Below are positions 26,552 through 34,473 of a DNA stretch of 34,473 nucleotides, piece by piece. The DNA comes from Methylophilaceae bacterium (lineage in GTDB: Bacteria > Pseudomonadota > Gammaproteobacteria > Burkholderiales > Methylophilaceae), in the NCBI GenBank assembly GCA_010031285.1, contig RHAY01000001.1, positions 1-34,473 on the forward strand, in the 5' to 3' direction. Within the stretch, counting starts at the first letter, position 1, and every line of letters starts with the position of its first letter. The notes under the pieces are model-generated. The model was not told the origin of the DNA. It saw only the letters and a list, made by a program, of their open reading frames with translations, and did not search any database. Made by a program: the position numbers and the translations under genes.

Positions 26552-27528
26552 TTAATCTGATACTTTCTTACAGCATTATTATGTTCATTTAAATTTGTAG
26601 AAAAATAATGGGTTCCATCACCTTTACCCACAAAATAAAGTGCGTCTGTTTTTGTAGGGTGAAGTGCAGCGCGAATAGAAATTAAACTCGGCATAGTAAT
26701 AGGGCCTGGAGGCAATCCCTCTCTAGTATATGTATTATATGGCGTATCGCTAATCAAATCCTTTTTTGTAATATCGCCAGTAAATTTTTTACCAAGTCCG
26801 TATATCACTGTGGGATCGCTCTGAAGTTTCATATTAATACTTAATCGATGAATAAATACACCAGAAATAAGATTGGCCTCTATGGATTTACCCGTTTCTT
26901 TTTCAATGATAGATGCCATAGTGAGAGCCTCATAGCTATTTTTGTAAGGGACCTCTTCCGCTCTATTTGCCCATTCATAATTTAATTTTTTTTGCATCGC
27001 CTTATAAGCTCTTTTGAGAATCTCGATATCAGGTGTATTTCTACTAAAATAATAAGTATCAGGAAAAAATTGGCCTTCGGCTGATTCATATGGCATTCCT
27101 AGAGCTAAAGCAATGGCTTTTGAATCATAAGGCTTCATCGTTTTTTTAATACTATCGTTTGCTTTTATTTTTTCTAACATAGACTGAAGATCTTGCCCTT
27201 CAATGAAAGTAATTGAACCTTCAGTAGCTCGGCCTTCAACAAGAGATTTTAATAATTGATAGGGTGTAATATTTGGATTGAGATAATAGTTGCCAGGTCT
27301 TAATTTTCTGGATTGTCCCAACGCTTTACCAAGGATGATGAATCTCCAAGGTTCATTAAGAATTTTTTCATCGACGAGTTGAAAAGCAATAGTTTTGAGA
27401 CTACTGCCAGGTTCAATCTCTACAGCTAAATCTGCTTTATTTATGTGAAGTGGTGTAATAAGAAAGTGAATCACCCAAATTAAAAAGGGGATAAATATTA
27501 TCATTAACCGAATAAGCCATTTTTTCAT
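26548..27528 (-). CDS. mltG: Endolytic transglycosylase MltG (YceG)
   Basis: N-terminal TM; EG.FFPDTY, ASIIEKET, LQSDPTVIY, PYNTY...GLPPGPI and LYFV motifs. Confidence 0.94.
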   Translation of the reverse strand: MKKWLIRLMIIFIPFLIWVIHFLITPLHINKADLAVEIEPGSSLKTIAFQLVDEKILNEPWRFIILGKALGQSRKLRPGNYYLNPNITPYQLLKSLVEGRATEGSITFIEGQDLQSMLEKIKANDSIKKTMKPYDSKAIALALGMPYESAEGQFFPDTYYFSRNTPDIEILKRAYKAMQKKLNYEWANRAEEVPYKNSYEALTMASIIEKETGKSIEANLISGVFIHRLSINMKLQSDPTVIYGLGKKFTGDITKKDLISDTPYNTYTREGLPPGPITMPSLISIRAALHPTKTDALYFVGKGDGTHYFSTNLNEHNNAVRKYQIK

Positions 27529-28340
27529 ATATTCAAATGTTTGAGTGACTGGTTAAATAGTGATGCTAATTCTTGGCGCTGCCAAGACTTATTTTTAATT
27601 TTTTTAACTTGTAGAACACCAAATAAACTGTTTGTTATAAAGACTTCATCGCTCGCTAAAAGTTTATTTAAAGTAAATGTTGCTTCTTTGATTTTGAAAC
27701 CTAACCCTGCAGAGACTTTAAGAATTAATTCTCTTGTAACTCCTTTAATACCAACATGGGTTATCTTAGGTGTGTAAATAGTTTTTCCAATACGCATAAA
27801 AATATTGCTGGAGATACACTCAATCACATATCCATTCTGATTAAGAAGAATACCATCAGCGTATTGATCACCTTCCCATTCTTGTCTTGCCATAATGTTT
27901 TCTAATCGATTGAGATGTTTAACACCCGAAAGAATCGAAGGATTAAGTTTTTGTTTACATACGTAGAGATTAACGCCAATTTTAAAATATTCTTTTGGAT
28001 AACTTGGCATTTTAGTTTTAATTAAAAAACGATTATGTTTAATATCCTCGTTAAATTTATAGCCTCGCTCACTAGTACCTCTTGAAATAATAAATTTCCC
28101 GACTGATTTAGTCTTTGATTTAAATAAAGTACGTATATCAGACAACAAATCTTTTTCTTTAGGGGGGGTTATTTTCATTGCAAGACAATCGTCTACTATT
28201 TTTTTGTAGTGATGTTTCCAATGAACTGGTTTCTTATTTTCTACAACAAAAGTTCTAAAAATTCCATCGCCATATTGAAATGCACGATCAAAAGGACTGA
28301 TCTTTTGAAATGTACCATTTATGAGGAATTGTTTTGACAA
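27525..28340 (-). CDS. pabC: 4-amino-4-deoxychorismate lyase
   Basis: DRAFQYGDG.F.T, KHLNRLEN, E...SNIF and GVTR motifs; fabF-pabC-mltG-tmk-holB synteny; TTG start. Confidence 0.9.
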   Translation of the reverse strand: MSKQFLINGTFQKISPFDRAFQYGDGIFRTFVVENKKPVHWKHHYKKIVDDCLAMKITPPKEKDLLSDIRTLFKSKTKSVGKFIISRGTSERGYKFNEDIKHNRFLIKTKMPSYPKEYFKIGVNLYVCKQKLNPSILSGVKHLNRLENIMARQEWEGDQYADGILLNQNGYVIECISSNIFMRIGKTIYTPKITHVGIKGVTRELILKVSAGLGFKIKEATFTLNKLLASDEVFITNSLFGVLQVKKIKNKSWQRQELASLFNQSLKHLNI

Positions 28341-28403
28341 ATTAGACAGCCAATTCTGAAGTAAATAATGAGTTCATTTTAGATTAAACCCATTTGAAGA
28401 AAC

Positions 28404-29636
28404 CTATATTTTTTTAAATACAAGACTTCCGTTAGTGCCACCAAAACCAAAGTTATTTTTGAGCGCAACATTAATTTTCATTGATCTTGCTTCATTGGCA
28501 CAATAGTCAAGATCGCATTCCGGATCTTGATTAAAAATATTGATTGTAGGTGGAGAAATTTGATTATGAATGGCTAAAACAGTAAATACAGATTCAATGC
28601 CACCTGCTCCGCCTAATAAATGGCCCGTCATCGATTTTGTAGAATTCACAACGAGTTTTTTAGCAAGGTCTCCAAACGTAGCTTTGATTGCATTCGTTTC
28701 ATTAAGATCTCCAAGAGGTGTTGATGTGCCATGCGCATTAATATATTGCACATTATCTGTATTCACATTTGCATTTTTTAATGCATTCACAATAGAGCGT
28801 CTGGGTCCATCCATGTTAGGAGCAGTAATATGATAAGCATCCGCACTCATGCCATAGCCTGAAAGCTCCGCATAAATTTTGGCACCTCTTTGTTTTGCAT
28901 GTTCATATTCCTCAAGCACCATAACACCAGCACCTTCGCCAATCACAAAACCATCGCGGTCTTTATCCCATGGACGGCTTGCAGTTTTTGGATCGTCATT
29001 ACGTGATGAAAGCGCTTTTGCTGCAGAAAATCCAGCTACTGATAATTCAGTGATAGCAGCTTCTGAACCCCCTGCCAACATCACATCAGCATCCCCGTAT
29101 TCAATCATTCTCGCTGCATCACCAATTGAATGTGTTCCTGTTGTACACGCAGTCACAATAGAGACATTAGGGCCTTTCAAATTGAGCATAATAGAGAGAT
29201 TGCCGGAGATCATATTGATAATCGTCCCTGGAATAAAAAATGGCGATACTTTACGAACGCCGCCTTCATCAAAAACATCGCTTGTAGATTCGATTAAATT
29301 AATTCCACCGATACCTGATCCAACAGACACACCGATGCGCTCACTATTCTGCTCAGTCACTTCAATGCCAGAATCTTTAAATGCTTCAATACCCGCTGCG
29401 ATACCAAATTGAATGAAAGTATCCATCCGGCGAGCATCTTTAGGAGGAATGTATGCTAGCGGATCGAAATTTTTGACCTCGCCTGCGACTTGAGAAGGAA
29501 ATGTTGAGCAGTCAAATTTGGTAATTCTACCTATACCCGATTGACCGTTAATAATATTGGTCCAAGATTCTTTTACCCCTAAACCTACTGGAGTAATCAA
29601 GCCTAAACCGGTGACTACAACTCTTCTCTTAGACAT
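28404..29636 (-). CDS. fabF: Beta-ketoacyl-ACP synthase II
   Basis: RRVVVTGLG, TACTTG (Cys), NAHGTST, STKSMTGHLLG and NNFGFGGTN motifs. Confidence 0.97.
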   Translation of the reverse strand: MSKRRVVVTGLGLITPVGLGVKESWTNIINGQSGIGRITKFDCSTFPSQVAGEVKNFDPLAYIPPKDARRMDTFIQFGIAAGIEAFKDSGIEVTEQNSERIGVSVGSGIGGINLIESTSDVFDEGGVRKVSPFFIPGTIINMISGNLSIMLNLKGPNVSIVTACTTGTHSIGDAARMIEYGDADVMLAGGSEAAITELSVAGFSAAKALSSRNDDPKTASRPWDKDRDGFVIGEGAGVMVLEEYEHAKQRGAKIYAELSGYGMSADAYHITAPNMDGPRRSIVNALKNANVNTDNVQYINAHGTSTPLGDLNETNAIKATFGDLAKKLVVNSTKSMTGHLLGGAGGIESVFTVLAIHNQISPPTINIFNQDPECDLDYCANEARSMKINVALKNNFGFGGTNGSLVFKKI

Positions 29637-29643
29637 GGATTAA

Positions 29644-29677
29644 ACCCAACCCTTTCAATATTTAGAAAAGGTCAGGC
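29644..29677 (-). terminator. Hairpin between acpP and fabF (attenuator/stabiliser)
   Basis: mRNA GCCUGACCUUUUC-UAAAUAUU-GAAAGGGUUGGGU: a 13-bp stem with four G:U pairs, so it folds fully only on the sense strand. Confidence 0.55.
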
Positions 29678-29687
29678 AACATTTGAA

Positions 29688-29924
29688 TTATTTTAAATTT
29701 TTGTTGATGTAATCAACGGCTTGCTGAACTGTAGTAATCTTTTCAGCTTCTTCGTCAGGAATTTCACAATCAAACTCTTCTTCTAAAGCCATGACGAGTT
29801 CAACTGTATCAAGTGAATCGGCGCCTAAATCATCTACAAATGATGATGTATTTTTTACATCAGCTTCTTTGGTGCCAAGTTGTTCTGCAACAATTTTTTT
29901 TACACGTTGTTCGATGTCAGACAT
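29688..29924 (-). CDS. acpP: Acyl carrier protein
   Basis: [20 protein letters not shown] motif; AAGGGG RBS. Confidence 0.98.
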   Translation of the reverse strand: MSDIEQRVKKIVAEQLGTKEADVKNTSSFVDDLGADSLDTVELVMALEEEFDCEIPDEEAEKITTVQQAVDYINKNLK

Positions 29925-30018
29925 CTAAAATACCCCTTTTATTTAAGAAATGGCACTTAAGCCATGCGTTATTTTAACAAATCTTGTTAAGAATTTTGTA
30001 ATAAAGTTAAAAAATAAC

Positions 30019-30768
30019 TTAAATCATTAACATTCCACCATTGACATGAAGGGTCTCACCTGTGATATAAGACGCTTCTTTAGAAGCCAAAAAGCATACA
30101 GCAGCGCCAATATCCTCAGGGTTTCCTAAGCGGCCTAATGGAACGTGGTCTAGAAGTTGCTTTTTATGTTCTTCTGATAATCCTTTTGTCATGTCGGTAT
30201 CAATGAATCCGGGCGCCACGCAATTTACTGTAATTCCTCGACTACCAATTTCTTTCGCTAAAGATTTTGTGAACCCAGTCACACCTGCTTTTGCAGCGGC
30301 ATAATTTGTTTGGCCTCCATTACCCATATGACCTACTACAGAAGTAATATTAATAATTCGACCGTAGCGACTTTTCATCATGCTTCGAATAAGCGCCTGA
30401 CTCATACGAAAAATAGATTTTAAATTAGTTGAGATAACATCATCCCATTCCTCTTCTTTCATGCGCATAAGCAACATATCTTTAGTAATACCGGCATTAT
30501 TTACGAGTATTGAGATATCACCATGTTCTTTAATAATGGCATCTATGGTTTGAAGAATTGCCTCATTATCATTGACATCTAATTTAATTCCTTTACCTAA
30601 AATATTTTGCTCTTTTAGAAATGCTGAAATTTTTTCTGCCCCATCTTCTGTCGTTGCAGTACCAATCACAAAAGCTTTTTGTTTTCCCAAACTTAAAGCA
30701 ATGGATTGTCCTATACCTCGGCTAGCGCCCGTAACAAGTGCAATTTGATTTTCGAGATTAATAAACAT
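30019..30768 (-). CDS. fabG: 3-oxoacyl-ACP reductase
   Basis: TGASRGIG, NNAGIT and YAAAK motifs; AGGA RBS. Confidence 0.96.
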   Translation of the reverse strand: MFINLENQIALVTGASRGIGQSIALSLGKQKAFVIGTATTEDGAEKISAFLKEQNILGKGIKLDVNDNEAILQTIDAIIKEHGDISILVNNAGITKDMLLMRMKEEEWDDVISTNLKSIFRMSQALIRSMMKSRYGRIINITSVVGHMGNGGQTNYAAAKAGVTGFTKSLAKEIGSRGITVNCVAPGFIDTDMTKGLSEEHKKQLLDHVPLGRLGNPEDIGAAVCFLASKEASYITGETLHVNGGMLMI

Positions 30769-30786
30769 ATTTTTTCCTAAATAGTT

Positions 30787-31716
30787 TTATTGTGTAAGTG
30801 TTTTAAATTCATCTAAAGCATTTTCATTCACAAGAGCAGTACTTTGTAATTCAGCTGAGATACGCTTCGTGAGTCCTGTAAGCACTTTGCCTGGACCGCA
30901 TTCTGCTATATGAGTAATTTTATTTAATGCGATCTTTTCAATTGTTTCAACCCATCTCACCGGATGACAAAGTTGTTTGGAGAGAGCATCTTTAATTTTA
31001 TTTGTATCACTATGCTCTTCAACATCTACATTATGTATAACGGCAATAGCTGGTTTTTTAATTGTAATGTTGTTTAAATACTCCCTTAGCTCATTAGAAG
31101 CTTTTTGCATAAGAGAACAATGTGAGGGCACACTCACTGGTAAAAGAATCGCGCGCTTAGCACCTTTTGTTTTGGCTGCTTCAATCGCACGCTCAACTGC
31201 CAAAACATTACCTGCAATAACGACCTGCCCTGGTGAATTAAAGTTTACCGCTTCAACAACTTCATTTTCTTGAGCTTCTTTACATGCATTTAGGACTTCC
31301 TCATCACTCAATCCAAGGATAGCAGCCATAGCCCCTACACCTTCAGGAACAGCTCTTTGCATGACTTCTGCCCTAAATTTAACAAGCTTTAAAGCGTCTT
31401 TGAATTCGATGGCGTCTGATGCGACGAGCGCCGTATATTCACCGAGACTGTGTCCTGCGAGGTAATTTGGAGCTTTATCTGTTTTAGATTGCCAAAGACG
31501 CCATATTGCAATCCCTGCTGTTAAAAGAATAGGTTGCGTATGAATCGTTTGATTAATCTCTTCATTAGGTTCAGTTGCCATTTTCCAAAAATCAATACCG
31601 AGAACATCAGATGCCTCATCAAAAGTTGAGCGAATCAACGGATGATCATTAAAATCCGCCATCATGCCGACTGACTGCGAGCCTTGACCAGGAAAAATAA
31701 AAGAGAATTTATTCAT
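30787..31716 (-). CDS. fabD: Malonyl-CoA:ACP transacylase
   Basis: FPGQGSQ, GHSLGEY and VSVPSH motifs. Confidence 0.97.
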   Translation of the reverse strand: MNKFSFIFPGQGSQSVGMMADFNDHPLIRSTFDEASDVLGIDFWKMATEPNEEINQTIHTQPILLTAGIAIWRLWQSKTDKAPNYLAGHSLGEYTALVASDAIEFKDALKLVKFRAEVMQRAVPEGVGAMAAILGLSDEEVLNACKEAQENEVVEAVNFNSPGQVVIAGNVLAVERAIEAAKTKGAKRAILLPVSVPSHCSLMQKASNELREYLNNITIKKPAIAVIHNVDVEEHSDTNKIKDALSKQLCHPVRWVETIEKIALNKITHIAECGPGKVLTGLTKRISAELQSTALVNENALDEFKTLTQ

Positions 31717-31752
31717 AATTTACTTGATATTTTTATATTAATTATATGATTT

Positions 31753-32706
31753 TTAATACTTAATTAAAGCTGATCCCCATGTAAATCCACCACCAAAAGC
31801 TTCCATCAAAAGCGTTTCACCCCTTTTAATTTTATGTTCTCGAATGGCTGTATCTAGCGCTAGAGGAATTGAAGCTGCGGAAGTATTGCCATGTCTATCA
31901 ATGGTCACAATGACACGATCCATACTCATATTTAATTTTTTTGCGGTCGCTTCTAAGATTCGAATATTGGCCTGATGAGGCACAAGCCAATCAATATCTG
32001 ATTTGTCTAATTGATTCATTTCAAGCGTTTCATCAACAATAGAATCCAATGTATTCACAGCCATCTTAAACACTTGATTGCCTTGCATTTCAATGGTGGT
32101 CTTTCCCTTTTGGTGAGATACGCCACTAGGTACATGAAGTAATTTTTCATAAGCACCATCCGCATGGATATGCGTAGATAAGATACCGGGCTGATCTGAT
32201 GCTTCAAGAATAATAGCACCCCCACCATCACCCCAAAGAATAGCGTTACTTCGATCAGAATAATCTGTGATGCGTGACATAGTATCAGCACCAATGACTA
32301 ATACGCATTTTGCAGCGCCTGTTTTAATAAAATTATCTGCGACTGAAAGCGCGTAAACAAAACCACTACATACTGCCTGAATATCAAATGCTGGGCATAA
32401 CGATAAGCCAAGTTTTGTTTGAATAATACAAGCTGTGCTTGGAAATATTTTATCGGGTGTCGTCGTTGCTACAATGATAAGATCTATTTTATTTGCATGG
32501 ATACCAGAAGCCTCAATTGCCTTTTTAGATGCTTCTACCGCTAAATCGCTTGTGTATTGATGTGCTGATACAATATGTCTTTCTTTAATGCCCGTTCTTG
32601 TTGTAATCCACTCATCAGTCGTTTCAAACATTTTTTCAAGATCATGATTGTTAAGAATTTTTTCAGGGAGATAACTTCCTGTCCCTATAATTTTTGAATA
32701 AATCAT
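31753..32706 (-). CDS. fabH: Beta-ketoacyl-ACP synthase III
   Basis: AVCSGF (Cys), [17 protein letters not shown] and FGGGFTWG motifs. Confidence 0.97.
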   Translation of the reverse strand: MIYSKIIGTGSYLPEKILNNHDLEKMFETTDEWITTRTGIKERHIVSAHQYTSDLAVEASKKAIEASGIHANKIDLIIVATTTPDKIFPSTACIIQTKLGLSLCPAFDIQAVCSGFVYALSVADNFIKTGAAKCVLVIGADTMSRITDYSDRSNAILWGDGGGAIILEASDQPGILSTHIHADGAYEKLLHVPSGVSHQKGKTTIEMQGNQVFKMAVNTLDSIVDETLEMNQLDKSDIDWLVPHQANIRILEATAKKLNMSMDRVIVTIDRHGNTSAASIPLALDTAIREHKIKRGETLLMEAFGGGFTWGSALIKY

Positions 32707-33734
32707 ATCTGCTCTGTCTGTGAAATATCTAAAGGCATTTCTAATTCAAGTTGTTTTTGTATTTTTTCTAGTACATTATTTTTTGATTCTTCAATAGCGG
32801 TCTGAATTGCAAAAAAGAAAGAATAACTATCAGCCCCACCATGACTTTTAACTACAATACCTTTGAGACCTAAAAAGCTAGCCCCGTTATACCTTCTAGG
32901 GTCGAGTCTTTTTTTGAATCGATTAAGAACTAACAAAGATACAAATGCCATTAGCTTTGTAATCCAATTACGCTTAAATTCTTGTGTTAAAAATCGACCC
33001 ATGAGTTGAGCAATGCCTTCTGCTGTTTTTAGTGCCACATTTCCTACAAATCCATCGCATACAACGACATCCGTTGTACCCTTAAAAATATCATTGCCTT
33101 CAACATTACCATAAAAGTTCAGATGGCTTCGACGAAGTAACTCACCAGCCTCTTTAACAATTTCATTGCCTTTGATGTCTTCTGCGCCAATATTTAAGAG
33201 CCCTACAGAAGGCTTAGGATTACCCGTCACTGAGCTGACGAGCATAGCACCCATGACTGCGAATTGTAATAAATGCTCCGCCGTGCAGTCTGTATTAGCC
33301 CCAAGATCTAACATATAGGTTGTGCCTTTTTGGCTAGGCAAACTTGATGCAATAGCAGGCCTATCAATACCTGGTAACATTTTTAATACATAGCGTGCGG
33401 TTGCCATAAGTGCGCCAGTATTACCAGCGCTTACGCAAGCCTGGGCTTTTTCTTCCTTTATTAAATTAATAGCAACACGCATGGAAGAATCTTTTTTATT
33501 TTTTAAAGCACTCTGGGGCGATTCATCCATTTCAACCACTTCAGTTGCATGTTGAATCGTTAAGCGTGTATTGGTGTATTTATTTTTTTGAAGTTCTTTT
33601 TGAATAAGCTCTTTATCGCCAACTAAAATAATGTGAAGTTGGTCATATTTTGATAACGCATTGATGGAGGCTGGAATGGTGACTTTAGGGCCATGATCCC
33701 CGCCCATTGCGTCAACTGCTAGGGTGATTGTCAT
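32703..33734 (-). CDS. plsX: Phosphate acyltransferase
   Basis: [34 protein letters not shown] and KSHG motifs. Confidence 0.96.
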   Translation of the reverse strand: MTITLAVDAMGGDHGPKVTIPASINALSKYDQLHIILVGDKELIQKELQKNKYTNTRLTIQHATEVVEMDESPQSALKNKKDSSMRVAINLIKEEKAQACVSAGNTGALMATARYVLKMLPGIDRPAIASSLPSQKGTTYMLDLGANTDCTAEHLLQFAVMGAMLVSSVTGNPKPSVGLLNIGAEDIKGNEIVKEAGELLRRSHLNFYGNVEGNDIFKGTTDVVVCDGFVGNVALKTAEGIAQLMGRFLTQEFKRNWITKLMAFVSLLVLNRFKKRLDPRRYNGASFLGLKGIVVKSHGGADSYSFFFAIQTAIEESKNNVLEKIQKQLELEMPLDISQTEQI

Positions 33735-33767
33735 TTATTCTCTTAATGCTTTAAGAGCAATGAAAGA

Positions 33768-33808
33768 AATAAATCAGAATAATTGAAAAAGAATTATTCT
33801 GATTTATT
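33768..33808 (-). terminator. Perfect 17-bp stem-loop at the 3' end of rpmF
   Basis: AATAAATCAGAATAATT-(7 nt)-AATTATTCTGATTTATT overlapping the rpmF stop, followed by UCUUUC on the mRNA. Confidence 0.62.
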
Positions 33809-33973
33809 CTGAATAACTTTTTTGCCTCGATAATAGCCTGTTGGGCTTACGTGATGACGCAAATGAACTTCGCCAGTAGTTGGTTCTACAGCAAGAGGTG
33901 GATTGGATAAAAAATCGTGAGAACGATGCATTCCACGTTTTGATGGTGATTTTTTATTTTGCTGAACAGCCAT
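33794..33973 (-). CDS. rpmF: 50S ribosomal protein L32 (59 aa, missed by the ORF track)
   Basis: [59 protein letters not shown]; AGGAG RBS. Confidence 0.97.
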   Translation of the reverse strand: MAVQQNKKSPSKRGMHRSHDFLSNPPLAVEPTTGEVHLRHHVSPTGYYRGKKVIQNKSE

Positions 33974-33987
33974 AGCAACTCCTAAAT

Positions 33988-34473
33988 TTAATTTTTATAT
34001 AATTTTTGTTTTAAATCAGCAAACGGATGAATGCGATTTAACATTTCATCAGTTTTTTTGTAGTGACAATTATCATTTTCATGTTTTGGCGCTACCGGTA
34101 AAGAAAGTATGATTTCATCCTCAATAAGACTTAATACATCCATCTTTACACTGCTTTCAATTAAATCGTAATCCGCATGATCATCAACCTGAAAATCTGT
34201 GAGTTGCGTTTCTTCTTTAATTAAAAATACTGATTTTAAAAAAATCGTATGCTCTAATTTTTCTGAACATCTTTGGCAAATTAAATCTAATCTACCTTCG
34301 ATGAAAAGCTCTAAACAAGGCTCTCTATGTTTGTTTTCGAAGCCTCTTAAAACAAAAGCAACTGAATCTTCGAGATTTAAGCATAAATCTTGCAATCGCT
34401 TAAAATCAGAGAGGCGAATTATATCACGAATTTCTCTCGATTTTCTTGAAAAATCAATATTGTCTATATGCTG
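33988..34473 (-). CDS. yceD: YceD/DUF177 23S rRNA accumulation protein (5' end beyond the window)
   Basis: CQRC and [13 protein letters not shown] motifs, HPFA.LK tail. The frame stays open to the window edge ([15 protein letters not shown]...). Upstream of rpmF. Confidence 0.9.
   Translation of the reverse strand, partial: QHIDNIDFSRKSREIRDIIRLSDFKRLQDLCLNLEDSVAFVLRGFENKHREPCLELFIEGRLDLICQRCSEKLEHTIFLKSVFLIKEETQLTDFQVDDHADYDLIESSVKMDVLSLIEDEIILSLPVAPKHENDNCHYKKTDEMLNRIHPFADLKQKLYKN

Noticed and set aside
28570-29412. Long antisense ORFs (87 and 177 aa) opposite fabF, and similar ones opposite pgi, tmk, fabD, ligA, miaA and the PQQ gene
   Set aside because: Shadow ORFs of well-conserved genes, with no RBS or recognisable motifs.
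33794-33973. L32 lacks zinc-ribbon cysteines
   Set aside because: The Cys-free form is normal in beta- and gammaproteobacteria.

Overview
AT-rich, tightly packed core-genome segment of a streamlined betaproteobacterium. The gene set and compactness suggest Methylophilaceae, e.g. Ca. Methylopumilus/OM43-like (inference). Gene order: HAD hydrolase (partial)-Rieske-sppA > < pgi-queG | tsaE-amiC-miaA-DMT > < GT41/TPR-mnmC(FAD half) | PQQ quinoprotein-rluF-hyp > < ppa, tRNA-Glu, tRNA-Ala, queF | smc-zipA-ligA-TPR > dif < three small hypotheticals, MBL, tatD, holB, tmk, mltG, pabC, fabF, acpP, fabG, fabD, fabH, plsX, rpmF, yceD (partial). No mobile elements or CRISPR were seen. Main points: (1) a lipoprotein PQQ alcohol/methanol-dehydrogenase homologue keeps the vicinal Cys-Cys and PQQ contacts, but has Gly at both the metal-ligand Glu and catalytic Asp positions, retains the lanthanide-type Asp+2, and carries two insertions; (2) a 28-bp XerC/D dif site at 22503-22530 marks the replication terminus; (3) four lesions clustered in 2.3 kb (queG/pgi junction, tsaE, amiC twice) are most likely a local assembly error; (4) RNA hairpins occlude the initiation regions of plsX and fabF.
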